Source of the DNA: an uncultured virus (IMG/VR IMGVR_UViG_2791355434_000002)
Lineage: Duplodnaviria; Heunggongvirae; Uroviricota; Caudoviricetes
Virus record (IMG/VR): IMGVR_UViG_2791355434_000002
Reading direction: 5' to 3' (one strand)
Length of the DNA stretch: 63,857 nucleotides
Made by a program: the position numbers and the translations under genes. Each line of letters starts with the position of its first letter. The stretch's first letter is position 1. The notes beneath the pieces were generated by a model. It saw only the letters and a list, made by a program, of their open reading frames with translations. It did no database searches and was not told the DNA's origin. This document shows positions 54,922-63,854 of the stretch, piece after piece.

Positions 54922-55470
54922 ATGACGGACGAGACCTTGCCCGAGCGCACCGCGCTCTACCGCCTCTACGACGCCGACGACGTACTGCTGTACATCGGGA
55001 TCAGCAACAGCCCCGACTTTCGCTGGAGGGCACACCTCTACAGCGACTCCAAGAAGTGGGCCCCCCTCGCCACCCGCCGAACGGACGAGTGGTTCGAGAC
55101 CCGCAGCAAGGCCGAGGCGGCAGAGGTCGCCGCCATCCAGGCCGAACGCCCCCGCTTCAACGGAACGCACAACTTCACGCAGGCCTGGTTCTCCCCCACC
55201 ATCTGGACGCCGATCCGAGGCGCACGGAAGTGCAACGTGATCTCGGAGCGCATCAGGCTGGAGATCGAAGCCGGCCACTGGGCTGCCGGGATGCGCGTCC
55301 CGAGCGGAAGCCAGATCGCCACCGAAACGGGGGCCAGCCTCAGCACAACAGCCAAGGCGCTGCGCCCGTTCATCCGGAGCGGAGTGCTCTCGGTGCACGG
55401 CGGGCGAGGCGTGTTCGTGAACCCCTACACCCCGGACCGGCCTGACGCCGACCTCCGCCCCGCCGCATAA
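54922..55470 (+). CDS. GIY-YIG nuclease-like domain fused to a GntR-type wHTH
   Basis: ALYRLYD...LLYIGIS...RWRAH...AE..AI..E.P.FN, then GMRVPS...GRGVFV. Confidence 0.82.
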   Translation: MTDETLPERTALYRLYDADDVLLYIGISNSPDFRWRAHLYSDSKKWAPLATRRTDEWFETRSKAEAAEVAAIQAERPRFNGTHNFTQAWFSPTIWTPIRGARKCNVISERIRLEIEAGHWAAGMRVPSGSQIATETGASLSTTAKALRPFIRSGVLSVHGGRGVFVNPYTPDRPDADLRPAA

Positions 55471-55611
55471 CCCGTGCGGGACGCCGCGCCTCGCCGTTCG
55501 TTGGTCTAGGTGCGGGCATGAAAAAGCCGGGCGCTGGAACGCCCGGCCTACTTTCACCAGCGAGTCATCAGCTCGCTGATCAATGAACCCACCTCAGTGA
55601 AAGGTTCAGTC

Positions 55612-56121
55612 ATGACTGTAGCGCCTTCCCCTGCCCTCGTCTCCCCGGTCTTGTCGGCCCCTGTCCCTCCGCAGCCGCCGACCCCGACCGCCTCGTCCGC
55701 CCCGGCCCAGGATCCGCGCCATTGGTCGTTCGTGGACCGCCGCTCGGGCCGCCGCCTGGAGGTGACGTGCATGCATGGTTGCGACGCGGACCACTCGCTG
55801 GATGCGTCGATGCCGTCGGATCCGTCGGACATTTGGTGCCAGGTCGATTCGACGGTCGTGTGCCTGCCGATCAACTCGAATGGGACCCCGGAGAACATGC
55901 GGGTGCTGTCGGCAACCCTGAACATGCTGCCGTTCGCCGAGTCGATCGCCCTGCGCGCCCCGCACGTGTCGGTGGAGGTCGTCCAGGACGAGTGGATTGA
56001 GGGCCTAGACCCGGATGGCCTGGCGACGGTGATCGGGACACTGCGGGAGCGGCTGGAGCACCTGGAGTCGATGCAGGGCCGCCTGGAGGTTGCGCGGGCG
56101 GAGTGGCGGGCGTCCCGCTGA
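55612..56121 (+). CDS. DUF6907-like protein
   Basis: VTCMHGCDADH...DPSDIWC...LDPDGLA. Confidence 0.7.
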   Translation: MTVAPSPALVSPVLSAPVPPQPPTPTASSAPAQDPRHWSFVDRRSGRRLEVTCMHGCDADHSLDASMPSDPSDIWCQVDSTVVCLPINSNGTPENMRVLSATLNMLPFAESIALRAPHVSVEVVQDEWIEGLDPDGLATVIGTLRERLEHLESMQGRLEVARAEWRASR

Positions 56122-56251
56122 CGTAGCGGTTCCCTCTCGGCCGGGCAGCACCAGCTGCCCGGCCGTTTCCCGATCGGCGGGCGGGTCCCGCGTTCCCTCA
56201 GGAGTGCTGTGTTTGTGCTGCTCGGCGTTGGTCGGCGCGGTGGAGGTTGTG

Positions 56252-56590
56252 ATGAGTAGCGAGCTGCGCCGCCAGTTGCGTGAGGCGTTGGGGCCGGACA
56301 TCAAGGGTTTGCAGCGGGCTGTGGCGTTGGAGATCGCGGATGACGCCCGGTACGACGACGGGTGGATGCAGCTTGCCGGGCGTTCGGGCCCGCACAGGCC
56401 GTACCAGGACTCGTGGCGGCGCTTGGAGGAGGAGGGCCGGAACGGGTCGAGGCCGCAGGGGTGGGAGCGGGTGCCGCATTGCGGGGACTCGGACTGTGAT
56501 GAGGTGACGCGCCGGCGGGATACGACCGGCCATGACGGGTTGCCGACGACGACGTTGTGCCAGCGGTGTCATCCGGCGATGCGGTTCTGA
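56252..56590 (+). CDS. Hypothetical protein with C-terminal Cys finger; possibly an internally deleted remnant
   Basis: GGAGG RBS; RAVALEIADDAR N-terminus joined to HCGDSDCDEVTR...CQRCHP. Confidence 0.5.
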   Translation: MSSELRRQLREALGPDIKGLQRAVALEIADDARYDDGWMQLAGRSGPHRPYQDSWRRLEEEGRNGSRPQGWERVPHCGDSDCDEVTRRRDTTGHDGLPTTTLCQRCHPAMRF

Positions 56591-56595
56591 GCTGG

Positions 56596-56641
56596 AACCT
56601 TAGGGCCCCCCTTGATTTCACTCTTAGGGGGGTGCTAACTT
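56596..56641 (+). promoter_or_regulatory. Putative promoter/operator
   Basis: TTGATT-18 nt-TAACTT, overlapped by CTTAGGG direct repeats and a CCCCCCT/AGGGGGG inverted repeat. Confidence 0.55.
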
Positions 56642-56687
56642 CGAGTTGTGCCCGGGGGGAAGCCCCGAACAACCCGAGGAGATCACC

Positions 56688-57617
56688 ATGCTGCGAGTCA
56701 TCCGCTCCACCGTTCAGGGCCTCGACATCGAAACCGACCTCGAAGACGACTACGCAGCCGCCGCTGAAGCCGGTGACCTCCTCCACGAGACGTACACCGG
56801 CGACAGGAACCTCACCATCGAGGTCCGCACCTACACCGACCCCGCAGGCCAGAACCGGTTCGCCGTCCTCTACACCCACGGCGCCGACATCGACTGGCAG
56901 GACACCCCCGACTACGCCGAGGCCCGCGCCTCCTACGAGGAGAGCGTCCGCGAGACCGAGAAGGGCGTGCCGGTAGACGTCGACGAGGACGGCAACGAGA
57001 ACCCGCTCTTCGAGACCACCGACGTGCGCGGCGTCGCCAACTACGAGGAAGGCTCCGAGGAGTCCGGGGAGGCCGAGGCGTACCTGCTGCTCGCCGAGTG
57101 GGCCACTGTTGAGGCCGAGAAGGCGCAGGAGCTCGCCGCGGAGAAGGCCCAGGCCCGCCAGGCCGCCTACGCCCTCGCGATCGACACCTTCGGCCGGGGT
57201 GGCAACGCGGTCCTGGCCCGGCGGGTCGGGAAGAGCGAGCCGACCGTGAAGGACATCGCGGACCGCGGCCGGCTCATTCTGGAGGCGCAGCGCCTGGAGC
57301 AGTTCTCCGTCGACCTGTTCGAGGACAACGCGGGCGGTTTGTACCTGCGCAAGGCCGGTGACACCACCGGCTGGTTCCTGGGCGCCGGGGCCGAGCACAA
57401 CTGCGGGCCGTTCACTGATGACGCGAAGGCGTGGCGGGACGGCAACTGGGAGCCCAACGAGAACGACGGGCAGACCCCGGCCTACGGCATGAACACCGCC
57501 GCCCTGACCCACATCGCCACCTGGTCGACCAAGGGCGGGCTGAAGGTCATCGACGGGCCGTCCGCGGCGCCGGCCGCTGGAGCAGCTGGCGGCATCTACC
57601 TGGGCATCAAGAACTGA
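56688..57617 (+). CDS. Acidic hypothetical protein with internal HTH
   Basis: GAGGAG RBS; GGNAVLARRVGKSEPTVKDIADRG. Confidence 0.75.
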   Translation: MLRVIRSTVQGLDIETDLEDDYAAAAEAGDLLHETYTGDRNLTIEVRTYTDPAGQNRFAVLYTHGADIDWQDTPDYAEARASYEESVRETEKGVPVDVDEDGNENPLFETTDVRGVANYEEGSEESGEAEAYLLLAEWATVEAEKAQELAAEKAQARQAAYALAIDTFGRGGNAVLARRVGKSEPTVKDIADRGRLILEAQRLEQFSVDLFEDNAGGLYLRKAGDTTGWFLGAGAEHNCGPFTDDAKAWRDGNWEPNENDGQTPAYGMNTAALTHIATWSTKGGLKVIDGPSAAPAAGAAGGIYLGIKN

Positions 57618-57636
57618 TCAGCTCCCCGCAGTGAAG

Positions 57637-57664
57637 CGGCCCCTGCCCTTCTGGGTGGGGGCCG
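57637..57664 (+). terminator. Stem-loop after CDS
   Basis: cggcccctgccc-ttct-gggtgggggccg. Confidence 0.5.
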
Positions 57665-57680
57665 TGATGCATTCCCCCTC

Positions 57681-57712
57681 TTGACAACCTTGCAGTACAT
57701 ACTGCAAGGTTG
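57681..57712 (+). promoter_or_regulatory. Promoter with perfect 13-bp inverted-repeat operator
   Basis: TTGACA, then CAACCTTGCAGTA-CA-TACTGCAAGGTTG, ending 5 nt before the ATG at 57718. Confidence 0.75.
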
Positions 57713-57717
57713 CTCGT

Positions 57718-57966
57718 ATGGGCGACTCTACCTCCGAACTGTGGACCACCGAGCAGTCCGCCAAGCACCTCGGGATCCGGCCGAAGTCCGCCAGCAGCCT
57801 CCTCTCCCGGCGAGGGATCAAACGCGCCGGTGAGACACGCCACCCCGTCAGCGGGCGCATCGTCGCCCTGTGGCACGCCGACGACATCCGTAGCCTCGCC
57901 GCCAGCCGCCGCCCCGGCACACGGAACGACCTGACCGGCAAGGAGCGTCATGACCGCCACCCCTGA
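57718..57966 (+). CDS. Small HTH protein, probably autoregulatory
   Basis: ELWTTEQSAKHLGIRPKSASSLLSR...RPGTRNDL. Confidence 0.7.
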   Translation: MGDSTSELWTTEQSAKHLGIRPKSASSLLSRRGIKRAGETRHPVSGRIVALWHADDIRSLAASRRPGTRNDLTGKERHDRHP

Positions 57967-59095
57967 GGACGCCCTCCGGGTTCCCGTCGAGCTGACGGGA
58001 CGCCTCCGCGAAGGACATGCTCGTCTGCGCGACACCTGGGGGGAAGCGCACCGCCTGGATGCGGGGAGCACGAATCTCCAGGACGCGATCCAGGGTGAAA
58101 GCTGGGACGGCGACTACATCATCCTGCAGGTCCTGATGGAGTACGCGCCCCGGTTGAGGGTGGAGGACTACGACAACGGTCAGGGGCCCCTGACTGAGGA
58201 ACGGGCCCTGGAGTACCTCTCCGCCACAACAGTGACCGAAGCCGACCTGGAGACCGCGCTCGGGCCGGGCTGGGCCGGGGTAGTGCCGCTGGTACGGGAC
58301 TACGCCCGTAGGGCGCCCCAGCCGGTTCAGGAGCAGGCGGTTGCTTTGGCGGAGCGCCCCGATCTGATGTGGGCTGCTGATCTCCATAAGGACGACCTGT
58401 GGACTCTGGCGAATTGGCAGACGGTGGCCCCTGCAGCCCGGGGTAATGCGCAGGCGGTGTTGCGGCGGCGGCACGACTGTTACGCGTTCGACCTGGTGGA
58501 TGTTCCCGAGGAGGCCCTGCTGCTGATTGAGGCCCGCAACGCGGTGGAGGCGGCCCTGCCTGACGATCTCCGTCATGCGTGCGGTTCGGCAGCGATGTGG
58601 GCGTTGCCCGATGAGGTGACCGATCAGGTTCAGGGCGTTGAGCTGGTCCAGGGGGCGCTTCTGTTGGCGGTCATGGCGGAGGCTGGGCGGCATCTGATCG
58701 CTGCCGGTCAGTACGCCGCGCTGACTGCCCCGCTGGCCGGGGCTTCTGCCACGGGGAGCATGGCAGTCGACGACCTGGATGAGGGCTATGAGCTTGTCGA
58801 GTCCGTCCAGGTGAACTTGGCGTACCACCCGGGCTGGACGAACGGGCAGATGGAGCTGAACGTTTACCGGGTTCGTTACGAGAGCGACTCCCCCGACGAC
58901 TACGAGGTCCTTCCGGATGGTGAGATTTTCAGCGGGGAACTCGCTGTGCCGGCCAGCACCGCCGCGGGGGACATTGAGCGGGGCAAGGCGGAGGCGGTAG
59001 AGAAGCTGCGGGGCCTTGGTCTCCAGTTGTGGGACGACAACTGGCATGTTGAAGGCGACTACGCGATTTTCAACGACACCAAGCCACTTACGTGA
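57950..59095 (+). CDS. Acidic hypothetical protein
   Basis: AAGGAG RBS; 381 aa. Confidence 0.7.
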   Translation: MTATPEDALRVPVELTGRLREGHARLRDTWGEAHRLDAGSTNLQDAIQGESWDGDYIILQVLMEYAPRLRVEDYDNGQGPLTEERALEYLSATTVTEADLETALGPGWAGVVPLVRDYARRAPQPVQEQAVALAERPDLMWAADLHKDDLWTLANWQTVAPAARGNAQAVLRRRHDCYAFDLVDVPEEALLLIEARNAVEAALPDDLRHACGSAAMWALPDEVTDQVQGVELVQGALLLAVMAEAGRHLIAAGQYAALTAPLAGASATGSMAVDDLDEGYELVESVQVNLAYHPGWTNGQMELNVYRVRYESDSPDDYEVLPDGEIFSGELAVPASTAAGDIERGKAEAVEKLRGLGLQLWDDNWHVEGDYAIFNDTKPLT

Positions 59096-59109
59096 CCAGA
59101 CAAGCAACA

Positions 59110-59138
59110 GCGGCCCCCGCCAACCGGTGGGGGCCGCG
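59110..59138. terminator. Stem-loop between convergent genes
   Basis: gcggcccccgcc-aacc-ggtgggggccgc. Confidence 0.6.
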
Positions 59139-59150
59139 GCATGTCCGGGG

Positions 59151-59354
59151 TCAGTTGTGGTGGCATCCGCACCGGCACGCCGCCCCGCAGAACTTGCACT
59201 CGGCGGGCTTCTTCGCCCCCACCTTCCCGGTGTCTCCTTGGCAGTACCCGTGCTCGCCGTGGAGGCAGGACGTGGCCAGGTAGTGGTGGACACCGTGCCG
59301 GTGGGCGTACCGGGTGAGGGCGGTTGCGAGACGACCGGCGAGGCGGGGGGTCAC
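59151..59354 (-). CDS. Cys/His-rich phage protein
   Basis: HYLATSCLHGEHGYC...PAECKFCGAACRCGCH. Confidence 0.7.
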   Translation of the reverse strand: MTPRLAGRLATALTRYAHRHGVHHYLATSCLHGEHGYCQGDTGKVGAKKPAECKFCGAACRCGCHHN

Positions 59355-59788
59355 GCCGCTCCCCCGTTGAGCCGTTCGCGGATCCACTGGGCGTCGGACT
59401 CAGCGACGTGCGCCCCGCCGCTACGCCCGACGTGGATGGTGGTGGGCTGCCCGTCGCCGTCGCGCTCCGGGGCGAGGTAGGCGCTCCAAGGCTGGGAGCC
59501 ACCATCCGGCGGGGTGTGCCCGTCGGAGCAGTGCGGGCAGGTACGGTCCGCGATGTCCCAGCCGACTGGGGCAGGGTCGTCCCACACGATGATGGTGTGC
59601 CCGCCGTGCCCGTGGACCGCTTCGGCGTCCTCGATGCGATCCCAGTTGACCGTTGACGCCCGCTCGCCGCGCCACCGGAGCGTGGCCGTTCCATCCGGCC
59701 AGAGAACACCGTCGGCCACCCGGCCGGTACCGGAGGCGCCGGTCACGTCGACGTTGCGCTGGAGGTGGAAGCGACGGGGCTCGTTCAT
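59351..59788 (-). CDS. Phage hypothetical protein
   Basis: RRFHLQRNVDVTGASGTGRVADGVLWPDG...HGHGG. Confidence 0.75.
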   Translation of the reverse strand: MNEPRRFHLQRNVDVTGASGTGRVADGVLWPDGTATLRWRGERASTVNWDRIEDAEAVHGHGGHTIIVWDDPAPVGWDIADRTCPHCSDGHTPPDGGSQPWSAYLAPERDGDGQPTTIHVGRSGGAHVAESDAQWIRERLNGGAA

Positions 59789-60177
59789 GCGGGGTCTCCC
59801 TGGTGGTGGTCGCCGAACGAGTCGGTGTCGATGAGGCGCTGGATACGGGCCGTGAAGCGTTCCTCGAACTCGGGGCCGATCCGGTTGGCCAGGGCCATCA
59901 GCTCGGTGACGATCGCAGCTGCCCCGTCTTCGTTCATCAGGTACAGGTTCCGGGCCCGGTCGGGGCTCTTGTTGATGCGCCCTTCGAGGAGCATCGCGAG
60001 GACGGGGTCACCGCTTCGGGTTTCGACGAGGGTGACGGTGGAGTGGTCGAGGAGAACAGCGTTGCGGTCGTCGAGGATGACACCGTGCCGGTCCTGGGGG
60101 CCTCCGGGACCGACGATGTCACCTCCGGATTTGCGGGGGTCGCCGCTGGTACGGCGCCCGTTCTTCTTGCTGCTCAT
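59785..60177 (-). CDS. Phage hypothetical protein
   Basis: ATGA overlaps; LLEGRINKS. Confidence 0.7.
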   Translation of the reverse strand: MSSKKNGRRTSGDPRKSGGDIVGPGGPQDRHGVILDDRNAVLLDHSTVTLVETRSGDPVLAMLLEGRINKSPDRARNLYLMNEDGAAAIVTELMALANRIGPEFEERFTARIQRLIDTDSFGDHHQGDPA

Positions 60178-60341
60178 CGGTTGCCCTTCCGTCGTACTGC
60201 TCGCCGCGTGGCCCGGTTGGGACGCGGCTGGGGTTGGTCGTCGGGGACGTGCTGTTCGCCGGTGGGCCGGAGTTCGGTTTCCCACCGGGCCCCGGGGCGG
60301 CCAGCGTGCTCACCCCGGGGTGTGGTCGACGGTCTGGTCAC
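60174..60341 (-). CDS. Small basic protein (PNRATRRA motif)
   Basis: GTGA and ATGA coupling. Confidence 0.5.
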   Translation of the reverse strand: MTRPSTTPRGEHAGRPGARWETELRPTGEQHVPDDQPQPRPNRATRRAVRRKGNR

Positions 60342-60517
60342 CGGGAGGCCTTGGTGGGGAACCGTCGGTTGTACTCGGCGGTGCGCCGCCGGTGGACCCG
60401 GCCCTCCTTGAGCCGGCTGCCGCGGTTGTCGAGGCAGGGGGCGCCGGGAACGCACCGGCAGTGGGGGCAGGTGACGGTGAGGGCCGGGTTGTGGATGGTG
60501 GGTTCGCGGCGGGGCAT
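60338..60517 (-). CDS. Small zinc-finger protein
   Basis: AAGGAG RBS; ALTVTCPHCRCVPGAPC...VHRRR. Confidence 0.6.
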   Translation of the reverse strand: MPRREPTIHNPALTVTCPHCRCVPGAPCLDNRGSRLKEGRVHRRRTAEYNRRFPTKASR

Positions 60518-60532
60518 GTGGTTCTCCTTGGG

Positions 60533-60679
60533 TCAGAGGTAGTGGCCGACGGGTACGTCGACCACGGGCCGGGGCTCGGGCTCGGGCTCGGGCGGGGTGT
60601 CGTCGTCGCAGGGGCAGGCCTCGGTCTCGTCGTCGTAGAGGCAGGGGGCGGACCACAGGCAGGGTGGGGGCCCGTTCAC
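60533..60679 (-). CDS. Small hypothetical protein
   Basis: GTGA overlap; 48 aa. Confidence 0.45.
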   Translation of the reverse strand: MNGPPPCLWSAPCLYDDETEACPCDDDTPPEPEPEPRPVVDVPVGHYL

Positions 60680-61080
60680 GGGGTGGTCCCGGGGGTGAGC
60701 CGGGCGACCTGGGCCCGGCGTCGGGCGGACGTCCAGGCCTGCCGGTAGCGGCGGAGGTCGCGAAGGGCGTCGGACCACATGCCGTTGGCCCAGCGGAGTT
60801 CCGACTCCCGGTTGCGCTTGGCGCGCTTAGCCCGGGTCCGGGCTGACTGCCAGGCGAGCCGGTAGCGGTCGCGTTCGGTGCGGGCTTCCCGGACGTCGGC
60901 GCCCATGGCGGTGATGGCCTGGGCGGCACGGTTGGCCACCTGGTCAGCGGTCGCCTGGTCTTCTACCTGCCGCTCCAGTTCCCGGACCAGCCCGGCGAGT
61001 TGTTCGGCTTCGGCGGGGAGGAGCACTCCGCGGAGCAGCCGGTCGAGGAGGTGGTGGACGCGGTCGGGCTGGGTGGTCAC
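60676..61080 (-). CDS. Coiled-coil phage protein (duplicated AWxSAR motif)
   Basis: RYRLAWQSARTRA and RYRQAWTSARRRA. Confidence 0.65.
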   Translation of the reverse strand: MTTQPDRVHHLLDRLLRGVLLPAEAEQLAGLVRELERQVEDQATADQVANRAAQAITAMGADVREARTERDRYRLAWQSARTRAKRAKRNRESELRWANGMWSDALRDLRRYRQAWTSARRRAQVARLTPGTTP

Positions 61081-61286
61081 CGGGCCCCCTCGGCTCGGCG
61101 TTGCATGGCGGCGCGTTCGATCTCGCACCACCGGTCGGGGTCGAAGCCCCAGCGTTCGGCGTCCCATTCGGTGGCCTGGTCTCGGTAGTCGAGCCACTGG
61201 TCGAGGAGTTCGTTGCGGCGGTCGGGGTCGGTGGTGGTGGCGAGCTGGTCGGCGATGCGCTGGAACGCCTTGGGGTGTGCGGGCAT
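61077..61286 (-). CDS. Phage hypothetical protein
   Basis: AAGGAG RBS; 69 aa. Confidence 0.6.
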   Translation of the reverse strand: MPAHPKAFQRIADQLATTTDPDRRNELLDQWLDYRDQATEWDAERWGFDPDRWCEIERAAMQRRAEGAR

Positions 61287-61288
61287 GG

Positions 61289-61480
61289 CTACTCCTTGGT
61301 CGCGGCGGTCTGGTCCCAGTCGGCTTGCCGGTGTTCCCGCTCAGCAGCCCAGGCGGCTTTGAAGTACGGGTTGTCCAGGTCGTTGTCGGCTTCGCGGAGG
61401 GCTTGGTCGGTTTCGTACTCGGCGGCGATGGTCTCGGAGCTGAATCCGCAGGCGTTCAGGTCGCGCGGCTGGGTGGTCAC
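61289..61480 (-). CDS. Phage hypothetical protein
   Basis: GGAGGA RBS, GTGA overlap. Confidence 0.55.
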   Translation of the reverse strand: MTTQPRDLNACGFSSETIAAEYETDQALREADNDLDNPYFKAAWAAEREHRQADWDQTAATKE

Positions 61481-61728
61481 CGGTCCTCCTTGGTGGCGTG
61501 ACTGTCCGGGCCGCCGGGGCAGGTGCAGCCGTCGACGGGGTCCCAGGACGGGCAGAGGCTGATGGCTTCGGCGTTGTGCTGGCAGGGGTCGAGCCAGCAA
61601 GGCTGTCCGCAGCCGCACTTGTCGTTGTTGTGCCAGCGGGGGGCTGGCTGGCGGCAGAGGTCGCAGACGAGGTGGGGGTTGGCGAAGGTGATGTAGACGT
61701 GGGTTCGGGTGTGGGTGGCGGTGGCCAT
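61477..61728 (-). CDS. Cys-rich phage protein
   Basis: CDLC...CGCG...PCQH...CPSWDPVDGCTC. Confidence 0.65.
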   Translation of the reverse strand: MATATHTRTHVYITFANPHLVCDLCRQPAPRWHNNDKCGCGQPCWLDPCQHNAEAISLCPSWDPVDGCTCPGGPDSHATKEDR

Positions 61729-61756
61729 GGCGGGTGGTCCTTCCGGGTTGGGGCGC

Positions 61757-61996
61757 TTAGGGCGTGGTGTCGGTGGCGATGGGGAGGTCGGGGCGGATGT
61801 GTCGGAGGTCGTCGTTGGTGATCTGCGGGTCGGCGGGGGCCATGGCGGCGAACCGGGCCCCGCAGCCCCGGCTGGGCCTGCCTCCGGGGACGAGGTTGTG
61901 GTGGGTGTCGTCGGGAAGGGTCGGCTGGCGGCAGTTCCCGCAGTGGGAGGTGGTGGCGCCGATGACGAGGGTGGTCGGCGGGGGCAGTACGGGCAC
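61757..61996 (-). CDS. Small zinc-binding phage protein
   Basis: TLVI...CGNCRQPTLP..THH...GCGARF...RPDLP. Confidence 0.6.
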   Translation of the reverse strand: MPVLPPPTTLVIGATTSHCGNCRQPTLPDDTHHNLVPGGRPSRGCGARFAAMAPADPQITNDDLRHIRPDLPIATDTTP

Positions 61997-62058
61997 GGTG
62001 GTCCTTCCGGGGTTGGGGTGTGGCCGCCTGTGGTGGGGCGGCCACACAGCAGGGGTGG

Positions 62059-62451
62059 TCAGGCGGCGGGGGTGTCCATGGCTTCCATCGCAGCGTCAAC
62101 TCCGGCGCACGCAGCGGGCCACAGCGTGCAGGAGCAGTAGCTGCGCTTGTTGGTGTGCCACTCGCAGTGGTCGGCGTGGCCGACGGTCTGGTCGACCTGG
62201 GCGCGCGCGGCGTCGTAGAGGCGGGTGGCGGCGGTGCTCTGCCACTCAGGCGGGCGGGCGCCCAGGCCGAGGCGGCGGCGGGTGAGGATGGCGAGGTTGT
62301 AGCCCGCCCGGGTGGGCTTCTCCATCCACCGGGTCCAGGGGGACCACTGCGGCGCGTCGGGGTAGGGCGTGGTCAGGGTCGGCTTCACGACGATTGCGGC
62401 CTTGGCGATGGCGTGCAGAGCGTCGGTCAACTCCCGTTCGGTGTCGGTCAT
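62059..62451 (-). CDS. Phage hypothetical protein
   Basis: GGAG RBS; 130 aa. Confidence 0.6.
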   Translation of the reverse strand: MTDTERELTDALHAIAKAAIVVKPTLTTPYPDAPQWSPWTRWMEKPTRAGYNLAILTRRRLGLGARPPEWQSTAATRLYDAARAQVDQTVGHADHCEWHTNKRSYCSCTLWPAACAGVDAAMEAMDTPAA

Positions 62452-62476
62452 GGTGGTCTCCGTGGGTGGGCCGGGA

Positions 62477-62704
62477 TCACCCGGCAGCAGGGGCGGGGGT
62501 GGTGTAGTTCGTGATCGTGATCGGCAGTTCGGCCGCGAGGTGGTCGGCGAGCTGCTGCCGGGCACCGTCGCGCATGGTCTGCCGCATGTGCTCGTCGGCG
62601 ATCTCCCAGGAGCGGGCGGGGACGGCGTAGTGAGTGCTGTAGCGGACGTCGCCGATCTCGATCTCGGCGCGGATGACGACGTGTTGGCGCGCGGTCTCGG
62701 TCAT
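62477..62704 (-). CDS. Phage hypothetical protein
   Basis: GAGGAG RBS, ATGA overlap. Confidence 0.6.
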   Translation of the reverse strand: MTETARQHVVIRAEIEIGDVRYSTHYAVPARSWEIADEHMRQTMRDGARQQLADHLAAELPITITNYTTPAPAAG

Positions 62705-63009
62705 CGTGTGGGCTCCTCGGGCGCTCGGGGGGGTGCGGGGGGTTCGTAGCCGACGGCGAAGGCGACTTGCTGGGCGCGGTGGACGTCGTGGCAGGGCCAC
62801 GGGTCACCGTCACGCCAGCAGGCGCGCCCGGTCTCGTCGGGCTGGTGGATCGTGGCGGTGTCGGCGAGCCACATGGCGAGCTCTCCGGCCTCCCAGGTGT
62901 TGCGAGCGAGGAGGGTTCGGGCGGCGGCCTTGAGTTCCTCGCGGGGGCTGGTGGGGCCGATGTTCGCGGCGGGTGCGGCGTATGCGGCTTCGAGTGCGTC
63001 GGCGGTCAC
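62701..63009 (-). CDS. Phage hypothetical protein
   Basis: GTGA overlap; C...PWPC motif. Confidence 0.6.
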   Translation of the reverse strand: MTADALEAAYAAPAANIGPTSPREELKAAARTLLARNTWEAGELAMWLADTATIHQPDETGRACWRDGDPWPCHDVHRAQQVAFAVGYEPPAPPRAPEEPTR

Positions 63010-63854
63010 CGCTGCTCCTCGGGCGCGGCAGGGGCGGCGGGCGGGGTGGCGGGCGGCAGGTCCGGGCGGACACCCCGCAGTTCGGCGGCCGTGGTACCCG
63101 CGTAGTCGCTGCGCGTCGCGGTGAACCGGGCCCCGCAGCCCCCGCCCGGCACAGGTGTCCAGCCGGAGATGTCGATGTGGTGGGTGCGCTGGGGGAGGGT
63201 GGGCTTCCCGCAGCCGTCGCAGTAGGAGTTGGTGCGGTTGATGACGAGGGTGGCGGTTGCCTCGCTGGTGGTGGGCGGCTGCACCCCGGCGGCAGCGTCG
63301 TCGGCCAGTACGGTCCGGAGTTCCCGTGCGCGGTCGGTGATGCTGGAGTCGCCGTACCGGCCGCGCTGCTCCCAGTCGGCGGCCAGCGCGCCGAGCCGGG
63401 CGGCCAGCGGAGTTGGGGCGGGAACCTCGGCGGCCAGGGGGCGGGCGGTGGCCATGTCGCGTCGGCGGTTCAGGTCGTCGGTCAGCTCGCTGAGCATCGT
63501 GGCCCGGTCGGCAGGCGCGGGCGGGGCTCCGTACACCGGGTCGCGCTTCACCCGCAGCCCCGTGTCGCCGCCGTCGGCGAGCAGCTCCAGGCGACCGCCG
63601 TGCTTGTTCCACCCGTACACGAACTCCAGGCCGGGGGTCTCCGTCTCCTGGTGGTACTCGATCGCCGCGAGCTTGGCGGTGACCTCGTCGGTGTAGTGGC
63701 CGAGGGTGGATTCGTCCTCGGCCCACACGGTCCACACCCCGGCCAGCGGCACGGGCGAGGCTGCCGCGCCCTCGCCCTCGGTGGTGCCGAGGAGCTGCCG
63801 GGCCACCGCCAGGGCAGGCGCGGGCAGGGCGGCCAGGACCGCGTCGGCGATCAC
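63006..63854 (-). CDS. Mosaic phage protein, probably 5'-truncated by the window edge
   Basis: Open frame runs to the window end; C-terminal domain shared with 61757-61996. Confidence 0.65.
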   Translation of the reverse strand: MIADAVLAALPAPALAVARQLLGTTEGEGAAASPVPLAGVWTVWAEDESTLGHYTDEVTAKLAAIEYHQETETPGLEFVYGWNKHGGRLELLADGGDTGLRVKRDPVYGAPPAPADRATMLSELTDDLNRRRDMATARPLAAEVPAPTPLAARLGALAADWEQRGRYGDSSITDRARELRTVLADDAAAGVQPPTTSEATATLVINRTNSYCDGCGKPTLPQRTHHIDISGWTPVPGGGCGARFTATRSDYAGTTAAELRGVRPDLPPATPPAAPAAPEEQR

